From NCBI GenBank assembly GCA_041640455.1, contig JBEQAF010000008.1:4220-38926 (forward strand): DNA of 34,707 nucleotides, given 5' to 3'. Each line of letters begins with the position of its first letter. Position 1 is the first letter of the stretch. The position numbers and the translations under genes are program-made. The notes under the pieces are model-generated. The model worked only from the letters and a program-made list of their open reading frames with translations. It was not told the origin of the DNA and did not search any database. Of the stretch, positions 27,073-34,707 are shown one piece after another. This DNA comes from a bacterium. GTDB lineage: Bacteria > CALINM01.

Positions 27073-27100
27073 AATATATCACATGTTTTTATTTTTTCAA
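27073..27100 (-). promoter_or_regulatory. Promoter of the CARF gene, probably giving a near-leaderless mRNA
   Basis: TTGAAA, 16 bp, extended TG-n-TATATT; ATG 27064 is 8 nt after the -10 and has no SD. Confidence 0.5.
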
Positions 27101-27182
27101 ATTTTATTATTTTTTCAATAAGCCTGTTTTTGCTTTCATATAACTTTTTTTAGCAATTTATTTTTTCTCTATTTTTAATATT

Positions 27183-27884
27183 TCAAGGTAAGTAATTATG
27201 ACTTTTTAGTAAAGCTATAACATCATCATCGGTTAGATCTTGCCAGTTTTTGTAAGCATCAGCAACTGCAAAGGGATAGTATTCTCTTATATTAGGGCAG
27301 TAGATCTGATCTACATCATCTATTAGGGACAGTATGGTATCCAAAGGAGCAGTTGGAACTGCTAATATTACCTCCTTTGCCTTTTTTCTTTTAACATATT
27401 TGATGGATTCTCTCATGGTGTAGCCAGAGGCAAGTCCATCATCAACTAAAATTACAGTTAAATCTTTTAAATCAGGAAAGGGTTTATCACCTCTAAAAAG
27501 ACTTACTCTTTGACTGATGATTTTTTTTGTTTTCTCTATCTGAGCTTCTATTTCAGAGGGAGAAAGTTTTAACTTTTTTAATAGGTCTTGATTAAGGATG
27601 ATCTCTTCGTCTGGTCCTATGGCACCAAAGCCTGCTTCTGTATTATGGGGCAGCTGAATTTTTCTCACCACGAGCACATCAAAAGGGAGCTTAAGCTCCC
27701 TTGAAATCTCTACACCAACAGGCACCCCACCAGCAGGAATAGCAAGGGCAATCTCTGGACTTTCAAACTGCCTTTTTTTTCGAATTAAATCAGCAAGAAT
27801 TTTACCTGCTTCACTCCTATCTTTAAAGCAGTATAAGCTATTTCTTAATCTTTCAATGTCTGTAATCTTATTTTCGCTTTTCAA
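27183..27884 (-). CDS. Phosphoribosyltransferase family protein
   Basis: FKDRSEAG, AIPAGGVPV, VRKI, VILVDDGLASGYT (PRPP motif). Confidence 0.9.
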   Translation of the reverse strand: MKSENKITDIERLRNSLYCFKDRSEAGKILADLIRKKRQFESPEIALAIPAGGVPVGVEISRELKLPFDVLVVRKIQLPHNTEAGFGAIGPDEEIILNQDLLKKLKLSPSEIEAQIEKTKKIISQRVSLFRGDKPFPDLKDLTVILVDDGLASGYTMRESIKYVKRKKAKEVILAVPTAPLDTILSLIDDVDQIYCPNIREYYPFAVADAYKNWQDLTDDDVIALLKSHNYLP

Positions 27885-29346
27885 TCATATCCCTCATCTC
27901 AAGAAGGTTGTTGGTTAGCTCCCACCATCCGTATTTAAAGCTTGTATAGTCAGGTGCGCCAGTCATTGCTGAAGCATATCTTATGGTATTGCCATAGAAT
28001 AGCCATTGTTTAATCCATTTTCGCTCTATTGTCTCATCAAAGGGGTTTTTATTGTCGGCAATCTTCTTCTCCCAGGCATCAAGAAGTAAAAGTGTAGCCG
28101 TCTTTGTCATCTCATCGGTCTCTCTGACCGTATTGTCAAACTTATCAAAATGCCCCTTTATCCAGTCTGAATTATGGCAGCCCGCACAGACTTTTGTCAT
28201 AGTCTGCTTTCTTTCATCCATCTCTTTCTGATCTATTAGAAAGTTTGAAGCAGCTCCCCCATTAAAGCTGGTTGGCAGAGGCAGCCCATCGGCATTTTTT
28301 ATAATTGTGGTATCTCCTGATTTTGGTTGAGGATGGCTGTATATCAAACCAAATATGCGAACCCACAGCCTGCTCCCAAAGTCATGACTTCTTTTTGCAA
28401 TTACTTTCCCATCGGGGCTTGTAATAAGGCTATTATGACAGGTTGCGCAGGTAGGAGCTGTAAAATCTTCTCCAAGTCTCCAGGGGACAGATTTAAAGTT
28501 CCAGCTATTCTGACCGGTAGAGTAAAAAATGTTACCATGCTTACTTTCTTTGTAAACATTGTAGGCAGGTACATCAGGCTCAAGATGACACTGCCCACAT
28601 GTGTAGGGCATCCTTGCAATTTCTATGGAAAATGAATGTCTCGGATGACAGGAGCTGCAGGATCCAAAACTTCCATCGGGATTTTTCCTGCCCACTCCTT
28701 CGTTTGGCCAGTTGGCAAGATCAGGGATTGTAATCTCAAGACCACCCATGCTGGATTTTATCTTTTTAAATCCCTTTACGTAAACATCAGTTCCATGACA
28801 GCCCAGACAGGTTTCGTGTAATGTCTTTTCTGACGGATCCTTCTGAGAAAGAACTCCTTTATCATAACTTTTTAGCCCTGTTATTGTATGGGCTAAAGTC
28901 TTGTAGACTGGGTTTTCCAAAAGATTTTTTATGGCATGATATTTTTTGCTTCCAGTAAATTCTTTCACTTCCACAGGATGGCATGCCTTGCAGTCTTCAG
29001 GAGATACCACCACATTGATCTTGTTTCCAAAATGGTTAAAATTATCTTTGTGTTTATCGGCATTGAGGCTATGACATTCAAAACATCCAACTACATATTT
29101 TGCAAGGTTTTCTTCTACCTTTTCAGCGGAGATACGCCGTTCTATCTCAGGTTTTTTTAAGCCCTCATTAGGTGTTACCTTTGCATGCAGGCTCTTCTCC
29201 CAGTCATTTACTATGCCAGGCGTTATGGTTTTATGACAGCCTATGCACTGTTTAGTCTGGGGGCTTATCCTGTCAGAAACTGGTTGGCTTAAAACTAAGT
29301 GGGGGACTAAACAGATTAGAAATGCAGTTATTTTTATAAGCTTCAT
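27868..29346 (-). CDS. Periplasmic octaheme cytochrome c, HAO/OCC family
   Basis: Signal peptide; eight CxxCH motifs (CIGCH, CFECH, CKACH, CLGCH, CSSCH, CGQCH, CATCH, CAGCH); RHSFS, YKESKHG, APTCATCH. Confidence 0.9.
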   Translation of the reverse strand: MKLIKITAFLICLVPHLVLSQPVSDRISPQTKQCIGCHKTITPGIVNDWEKSLHAKVTPNEGLKKPEIERRISAEKVEENLAKYVVGCFECHSLNADKHKDNFNHFGNKINVVVSPEDCKACHPVEVKEFTGSKKYHAIKNLLENPVYKTLAHTITGLKSYDKGVLSQKDPSEKTLHETCLGCHGTDVYVKGFKKIKSSMGGLEITIPDLANWPNEGVGRKNPDGSFGSCSSCHPRHSFSIEIARMPYTCGQCHLEPDVPAYNVYKESKHGNIFYSTGQNSWNFKSVPWRLGEDFTAPTCATCHNSLITSPDGKVIAKRSHDFGSRLWVRIFGLIYSHPQPKSGDTTIIKNADGLPLPTSFNGGAASNFLIDQKEMDERKQTMTKVCAGCHNSDWIKGHFDKFDNTVRETDEMTKTATLLLLDAWEKKIADNKNPFDETIERKWIKQWLFYGNTIRYASAMTGAPDYTSFKYGWWELTNNLLEMRDMIEKRK

Positions 29347-29376
29347 AGATCACCTCGCCACAATATTTTATAATGA

Positions 29377-29404
29377 AGTATATCAGGAAAAGTGATCTTG
29401 TCAA
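29377..29404 (-). promoter_or_regulatory. Sigma70 promoter of the octaheme cytochrome gene
   Basis: TTGACA (29404-29399), 16 bp, TG-n-TATACT (29382-29377); GAGGTG RBS. Confidence 0.65.
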
Positions 29405-29416
29405 TTTCTATGAATT

Positions 29417-30031
29417 TTATTTAAAAGCTACAAAAATTTTTTCTAAGCTCATATCCCAGTATCTATCCAGCCCTTCTGGGCGCAGTATAAATATGTTAAA
29501 TTTTCTCTGCCAGTCTACCAGATCTGGCATTTTTATCTGATAAATTATCTGTTTCTTTTCAGAAATTTTTTCTTCAGATATTAATATTTTTCCTGTGAGA
29601 TTTCTTCTGAATGTGTTGAGATATCTATATCTTCTATGGTTTAAGAGCTCTTTTTTTGTGTTTCTGTCAAATCTACTATTTTTTATAAATGGAAGCTGAA
29701 ATTGGAGCTCTATGACTGGTTCTTCAATATTTTTTCTGAAAAAATCTTTTATTCCTTCATAATGAACCAGATATTGGTGGACTAAATCAGGGATCTCAGC
29801 AATTTTTATCAGCTCGTCCAGACCTTTTTCATAAAGATCGGGTAGATTTTCAGGAAAAAGTATTTTTAAAAACTTTGGATTAAGCCTGAAAGGATTTTGA
29901 AGAGCAAAGTCTCTGATATCCCAGAGCTGAGGAACAGATATTCCAAGCCAGTTTGCTATGTATGGGCTTTTAAAAAATTTCTCTACAAACTCCTCTATAT
30001 ACTTAAAGGGGGTTAAAAACTCTTTACCCAA
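29417..30031 (-). CDS. Hypothetical protein
   Basis: 204-aa ORF, co-oriented with and overlapping the end of the PHP gene; no motif recognised. Confidence 0.6.
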   Translation of the reverse strand: MGKEFLTPFKYIEEFVEKFFKSPYIANWLGISVPQLWDIRDFALQNPFRLNPKFLKILFPENLPDLYEKGLDELIKIAEIPDLVHQYLVHYEGIKDFFRKNIEEPVIELQFQLPFIKNSRFDRNTKKELLNHRRYRYLNTFRRNLTGKILISEEKISEKKQIIYQIKMPDLVDWQRKFNIFILRPEGLDRYWDMSLEKIFVAFK

Positions 30032-30657
30032 CTATAAACCTTTTTATAAAGACTGTTTATCTGATCTTCAGTCAGACCAGCACCCTTTCCAACAATATAG
30101 GCGAAGCTTTCATCTATTAAATCTTTTGGAGCATGGGCATCGGTATTTATTATAAAATCTGCTTTATGCTTGAGCCCGAGCTTAACCACATGCCCATTTG
30201 TGATGTTATGACCTCCTCTTGCTGTAATCTCTAAAAAGATATTCTTTTTTACAGCAAGCTTTACTTCTTCTTCAGTGATTAATCCAGGGTGGGCTAATAT
30301 ATCAACACAGGCATCAATGGCAGCTCTATTTGTGCCCTCTTCTACAGGCTCCACAGGTGTCTCTCCATGGGCAACCACAATTTTAGCCCCCAGTCTTCTT
30401 GCTTCTTTTACTGCCTCTTTGTAAAACTGAGGAGGGATATGGGTTAGCTCACAACCTGCTATAGCAGTTATTCTGCCTCTTTGATTAATCTTTTTTATTG
30501 CTTTGAGCAGATTTTTTATAACCAGCTCCATATTGGAAAAGTCCACATGATCGCTAATGGCAATCACTTTATAGCCCTTATCTTCTGCTCTTCTTACCAG
30601 TTCAAAGGGGATGAGCTCCCCATCGCTGAATATGCTGTGAGTATGGAGATCTATCAC
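30013..30657 (-). CDS. PHP-domain hydrolase (histidinol-phosphatase-like)
   Basis: DLHTHSIFSDG, ISDH, AHGET, LAHPG, NTDAH; start refined to GTG 30657 after GGAGG, overlapping the upstream stop (GTGA). Confidence 0.87.
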   Translation of the reverse strand: MIDLHTHSIFSDGELIPFELVRRAEDKGYKVIAISDHVDFSNMELVIKNLLKAIKKINQRGRITAIAGCELTHIPPQFYKEAVKEARRLGAKIVVAHGETPVEPVEEGTNRAAIDACVDILAHPGLITEEEVKLAVKKNIFLEITARGGHNITNGHVVKLGLKHKADFIINTDAHAPKDLIDESFAYIVGKGAGLTEDQINSLYKKVYSWVKSF

Positions 30658-32087
30658 ATAACCTCCTTTATAAAGTTCTGAAAAAGGGTTTCCAGAAGCT
30701 TTGTAAATCCGTTTTTTGATATCTGGTTTTTTGCTAAGGGCAAACATTTTTTGCCATAAAACTTTATACAGTTTGCAGGTTTTGTCCTGTTATCAAGCAC
30801 AATTCCACCAATCTGCATGCTAAGAAAGGAGTTATAAAAGGGCTCTTTGATCTCATAATCGCAGGAAAAAAACATGTGCAGATATAAGCTTTCTATAATA
30901 TTGAGATGTCCCAGATATCCGATATTTTTTTTACCTCTTTTTAACTCCAGAAAATCTACATTATTCGGTGTAAAGTTTAAACTTAGAAGAACCGATAAAA
31001 AGTCCTCTATTAAGCTCTTGTCAGTAAAAAATAGAAAAATGGGTATATTGTAAGGCGCTTTAATATCTGGAAATTTTTTTGAAAGGGCTTTTTTGAAATC
31101 AAGTAGTAGATCTGAAGAAAAATTCAGATTCGGTTGCTCTGCCTCATCCTTTTTTATGAACTCAAATTTTACAAGCCCCTTATCCTTCAGCGCCAGAATT
31201 ATTTTTATGATTTCATAGTCTGTAAGATTGAGATTATTAAGGATGTCCTGAAGGTCAGTAAATACCTCAAGGGCTGAAAGTACCTCAAGGGTCTTGGGTC
31301 TGAGCCCCTTCTGAATCTGGGAGACCTTAACGTTAAGGATTATCTTAAACTTTTCTTCAGGAAATGACTTTTTTAGCTCGTTCAGCTCATCATTCTGCCT
31401 TAGCCCCTCCATCAACAGGCTGTCTGTGCTCTCATTTATTTCTGCAGGTAGCTCAGGTTCGGCTGGTATAAATTTAAAAAAACCTTCCTTAATATTTAAT
31501 ATTCTGTAAAACCCTTTTACCCCAAGTGCATCTTTTAGCTTTGCATTAACAATTTTCCCCTCTTTTATACAGATAACTGCCATTTTCTCATTATCATCAT
31601 CGGATTTTATATACAGATTACCTGTCCTCTGATTAAGGGATAGCATCTGTAAAATATCTGGGAGGCTCATCTGCTTCAGAGTGCCTGAAAATTCATCCTT
31701 ATTTTTGAGAACCTCTGAACTGACAAGCTTTTTTCTGGTGTCATCAAGGATTTTTTTAAGTTCATCTCTGTTAAATGGTTTGATTATAAAATAGTCATAG
31801 CCCCTTCTAAAATGACTTATCTGAACGGTGCTTTCATTGAGATAAAATATTGGTATGGACTCGGTTTTGGGATTTGTTCTGATTATCTGACTTAATTTAA
31901 CACCGTCAATAAGCGGGAGCTCAAGGGAAAGAATTATCAGACTGGGTTTTTCCTGAAGGGCAGTCTGAAGCGCCAGCACACCATCGGTTGCGACAAAAAG
32001 ATGGGTGCTTTTTTCGTCTATAATCTCCCTTATTTTATCAATTACATTAACATCACTTTCTGCTATCAGTATCTTTAGTTTTTCCAT
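30654..32087 (-). CDS. Pseudo-receiver plus DUF4388 (PatA-N-like) protein with degenerate GTPase-like C-terminus
   Basis: REC fold (ILIAESD, LIILSLELP, IIKPF); FSGTLKQMSLPDILQML and LLMEGLRQNDE are typical of DUF4388; ATG 32087 in a TAATG overlap. Confidence 0.8.
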   Translation of the reverse strand: MEKLKILIAESDVNVIDKIREIIDEKSTHLFVATDGVLALQTALQEKPSLIILSLELPLIDGVKLSQIIRTNPKTESIPIFYLNESTVQISHFRRGYDYFIIKPFNRDELKKILDDTRKKLVSSEVLKNKDEFSGTLKQMSLPDILQMLSLNQRTGNLYIKSDDDNEKMAVICIKEGKIVNAKLKDALGVKGFYRILNIKEGFFKFIPAEPELPAEINESTDSLLMEGLRQNDELNELKKSFPEEKFKIILNVKVSQIQKGLRPKTLEVLSALEVFTDLQDILNNLNLTDYEIIKIILALKDKGLVKFEFIKKDEAEQPNLNFSSDLLLDFKKALSKKFPDIKAPYNIPIFLFFTDKSLIEDFLSVLLSLNFTPNNVDFLELKRGKKNIGYLGHLNIIESLYLHMFFSCDYEIKEPFYNSFLSMQIGGIVLDNRTKPANCIKFYGKKCLPLAKNQISKNGFTKLLETLFQNFIKEVM

Positions 32088-33565
32088 TATAACTGCCACT
32101 GTAAGTAGTGTTCAGCTTGAAGCTTGTTGATTAAGCCCTCTACCAGCAGATGATCTGAAGTCTCAAAGGTCTGATCGCCCATTTTCAACAAACCATATGC
32201 AAAATTCTCGTTTAAAAAAAGGAGAAACTTTATATGTTCATAGATTTTTTTTTCAACATTAACATTAACTATGCCAGGTATATCAGGCAAATTTGTTTTA
32301 TCATGCCAGAAAAGATATATTTTTGTTGTCACATTAATAAAATTTTTTTTGTCATTTAGAAGCATGCCTCTTTCGATATGATTAACACTTGAATATAATA
32401 TCCCTCTTCTTTTTGAATTAATCTTCACATCATTAAGCATGAGCATTAGAATCTGTCCAAATATCTCTTCATTCTGCTCCCTGTACCAGCAAAAAAAATG
32501 CGTATTCTCTTTTTCTTTATATTCAAGAATATTTGCTACTATCTTTTCAAAACTTTCCTTACTAAAATCCAGCTTGAAGTAAAGACTCTTTCTATTCTGT
32601 TCCATCTTCTCCTTAAGGGAGTTTAAGAGATCGTCAAGATTAGTCCCGTGAATGGGAAGTCCAACCGCAGCTATGTTTATGGCAATCTCTTCCACTGATC
32701 TTGCGGTTTTTAAAATACCTTTTCCTACCAGAGCCTGTCGGATTCTTCTAATTGCCATCAGCGCGCCAAAATAATCTGTCTCTGTGAGGAACAAAAGATA
32801 AGAGTTCTCTTGCCTTTCAACAAACCAGTCAGAATCTCTGATAAGCCCCTGAATAATAGAGGTGATCTCATTAATATGTTCCCTGATATCCTGTTCTTTA
32901 TGCCTTTTTTTTAGCTCTTCAAGGTTTTCCAGTTCAATGCCAATGATGGATAACTTTCTATCGTATCTAAGAGATTTATAAATCTCCTTTTTGATAAAAT
33001 CCTTAAACAGATCCCAGAAATAGGCATTAATCTTCTCGTCTTTTATGGTATATCTCTGAAGAAGCTCAATTTTTTTGGCATTTTCAAGAATGAGCGGGAA
33101 AAACTCGGATATGCAAAAGGCTTTATTGAACTCCTTTTCTGAAAAGCCCTCATCTATTACAGGTTCAACAATTTTTATCAGACCGTAAATTCGATCCTCA
33201 AGTTTGAGCGGAATATTTATCTGTTTTGAGTTTAGATAAAATTCAGGTGGTGATTCGTCCACATCTTTTTTATTGAGATTTTCATTTAGATTGACTGCCT
33301 CAACCATTCCTCTGTAGCTATCGCAGACAAACTGATCGGTTTTTTCATCATAGAGGTATATGACACATCCCCTTGCAAAGGTAGCTGTTATTATCTCCTC
33401 AATAAACTGCTCTTTTATCTTGGTGGAGTCCCATTCTGCTGTCAGACCAATAATCTTTTTATATATGCCTATGAGCTCAACCAGCTCAACATTCTGAAAT
33501 AAAAGCAGATCTCTTTTCTCAAACACCAGTCTGTTTCTATCCAAACAGCCTCCGGGAATAGACAA
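32087..33565 (-). CDS. GAF plus degenerate GGDEF-domain protein
   Basis: GAF-like IPLKLEDRIYGLI; KSLRYDRKLSII; IRDSD I-site; RQENSY in place of GGDEF; start uncertain (TTG, no SD). Confidence 0.72.
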   Translation of the reverse strand: MSIPGGCLDRNRLVFEKRDLLLFQNVELVELIGIYKKIIGLTAEWDSTKIKEQFIEEIITATFARGCVIYLYDEKTDQFVCDSYRGMVEAVNLNENLNKKDVDESPPEFYLNSKQINIPLKLEDRIYGLIKIVEPVIDEGFSEKEFNKAFCISEFFPLILENAKKIELLQRYTIKDEKINAYFWDLFKDFIKKEIYKSLRYDRKLSIIGIELENLEELKKRHKEQDIREHINEITSIIQGLIRDSDWFVERQENSYLLFLTETDYFGALMAIRRIRQALVGKGILKTARSVEEIAINIAAVGLPIHGTNLDDLLNSLKEKMEQNRKSLYFKLDFSKESFEKIVANILEYKEKENTHFFCWYREQNEEIFGQILMLMLNDVKINSKRRGILYSSVNHIERGMLLNDKKNFINVTTKIYLFWHDKTNLPDIPGIVNVNVEKKIYEHIKFLLFLNENFAYGLLKMGDQTFETSDHLLVEGLINKLQAEHYLQWQL

Positions 33566-33582
33566 AGGTTCGTTTATATTTT

Positions 33583-34071
33583 TTACATATTATATTTGCC
33601 AAAAGCATCATCAGGCAGTTTTTCCAGCAGATCTTCCAGATCCTTTGATGAACTGGAAAGGGTATCTGTAAGATGATTGTTTTTCATAATTGTCTCTTCC
33701 ACGTAAACAGGCGCTGACTGTCTGAGCCCGATTGCAAGCGAATCGCTCGGTCTTGCGTCAATATTTATTATTTTGCCATTCTGATCTACTATCAGATAGG
33801 CGTAATAGGTACCTTCATGTAGTTTGTAAATATAAACCTCTTTCAGCTTTCCACCAAGATAGCAGATAGTATCGGAGCAGAGATCATGGGTAAGTGGCCT
33901 TTCAAGCATCACTCCCTTCAGAGCCATGTATATGGCTTGAGCCTCAAAAAAACCTATCCAGATGGGCAAAATCCTCCCCCCATCCTTCTCTTTGAGCAGA
34001 ACTACTGGCGAATTGTTAACCCTATCATAAATTATGCTTATTATATCCACCTGAACCTTAGCCAATGACAT
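33583..34071 (-). CDS. Bifunctional nuclease family protein (DUF151)
   Basis: LPIWIGFFEA, RPLTHDL, IDARPSDSLAIG. Confidence 0.9.
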   Translation of the reverse strand: MSLAKVQVDIISIIYDRVNNSPVVLLKEKDGGRILPIWIGFFEAQAIYMALKGVMLERPLTHDLCSDTICYLGGKLKEVYIYKLHEGTYYAYLIVDQNGKIINIDARPSDSLAIGLRQSAPVYVEETIMKNNHLTDTLSSSSKDLEDLLEKLPDDAFGKYNM

Positions 34072-34707
34072 ATTCTCCTTTAAGGGAATTTTTATAACCC
34101 TTTATTATTTTAACATTAACAGTATCTCCAGCCTTAACAATTTCGGGAGCAGAAAAATTAACAATTCTAAAACAGGGAGTACGCCCCATAAGCTCTGATT
34201 TTTCTCTTTTGCTAACCCTTTCTACAAGAACAGGCATTACCTTACCTTCCTGCTCTTTATTTTTCTCAAATATTATCTCTTTTAAAAGCTCCTGAAGTAT
34301 TTCAAGCCTTCTCTGCTTAATTTCTTCGGGAACCTGATTCTCCATTTCTGCCGCCTTTGTCATAGGTCTTTTTGAATATTTGAAGGAAAAGGCACCATCA
34401 AACCTGACCTCTTTAACTATCTTTAAAGTTTCTTCAAAATCCTCATCCCTCTCATCAGGGAACCCTACAATTATATCCGTAGTGATTGCCATGCCTGGTT
34501 TGATATTTCTTAGTTTCTCAATTAGATGAAGATAGGTTTTTATATCATATTTTCTATTCATCAGCTTAAGTATTCTGTCCGAGCCAGACTGAAGGGGAAG
34601 ATGTATATGGGGCATAAGCTTTTTCACCTGTCTAAAGGATTCGATCAGTTTTTCAGTAAGGTCTTTGGGGTGAGAGGTGGTAAATCTTATCCTTTCAATG
34701 GCTGTTA
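34058..34707 (-). CDS. miaB: tRNA-2-methylthio-N6-dimethylallyladenosine synthase MiaB (3' part, cut by the window edge)
   Basis: Frame open to the edge: RIRFTTSHPKD, HLPLQSGSD, TDIIVGFP, FKYSKRP, C-terminal TRAM domain. Confidence 0.92.
   Translation of the reverse strand, partial: TAIERIRFTTSHPKDLTEKLIESFRQVKKLMPHIHLPLQSGSDRILKLMNRKYDIKTYLHLIEKLRNIKPGMAITTDIIVGFPDERDEDFEETLKIVKEVRFDGAFSFKYSKRPMTKAAEMENQVPEEIKQRRLEILQELLKEIIFEKNKEQEGKVMPVLVERVSKREKSELMGRTPCFRIVNFSAPEIVKAGDTVNVKIIKGYKNSLKGEYVIG

Noticed and set aside
29392..29404. FNR-like box TTGAC-AAG-ATCAC at the cytochrome promoter
   Set aside because: Spacing is 3 rather than 4 nt, and the left half is simply the -35 hexamer

Overview
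AT-rich bacterial chromosomal window. Left arm (+): TetR-TolC-EmrA-EmrB efflux operon with a palindromic operator, then pfkA-plsC-rnhA-U32 and an unannotated 53-aa CxxC-hydrophobic-CxxC gene. A convergent minus-strand run (htpX, purE, beta-carbonic anhydrase, Ca/Mn-type P-type ATPase) lies below a yybP-ykoY (Mn2+) riboswitch. Centre (13.9-27.1 kb, all minus): a type III-A CRISPR-Cas locus. It carries an NE0113-type CARF protein with a C-terminal extension, cas10-csm2-csm3-csm4-csm5 (csm5 broken by one in-frame TAG), a Can2/Card1-like nuclease, a Csx3/Crn3-like ring nuclease, a DUF4258-like protein, a doubled adaptation module (cas2, cas1, apparently catalytically dead cas1 paralogue, cas2), cas6 and a 10-repeat array. 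A 20-bp operator-like box sits at identical spacing upstream of both the interference and adaptation operons, suggesting a cOA-linked transcriptional circuit. Right arm (minus): PRTase, octaheme HAO-family cytochrome, hypothetical protein, PHP hydrolase, pseudo-receiver/DUF4388 protein, GAF plus degenerate GGDEF protein, DUF151 nuclease and the 3' part of miaB. All calls are by motif recognition; no searches were run.
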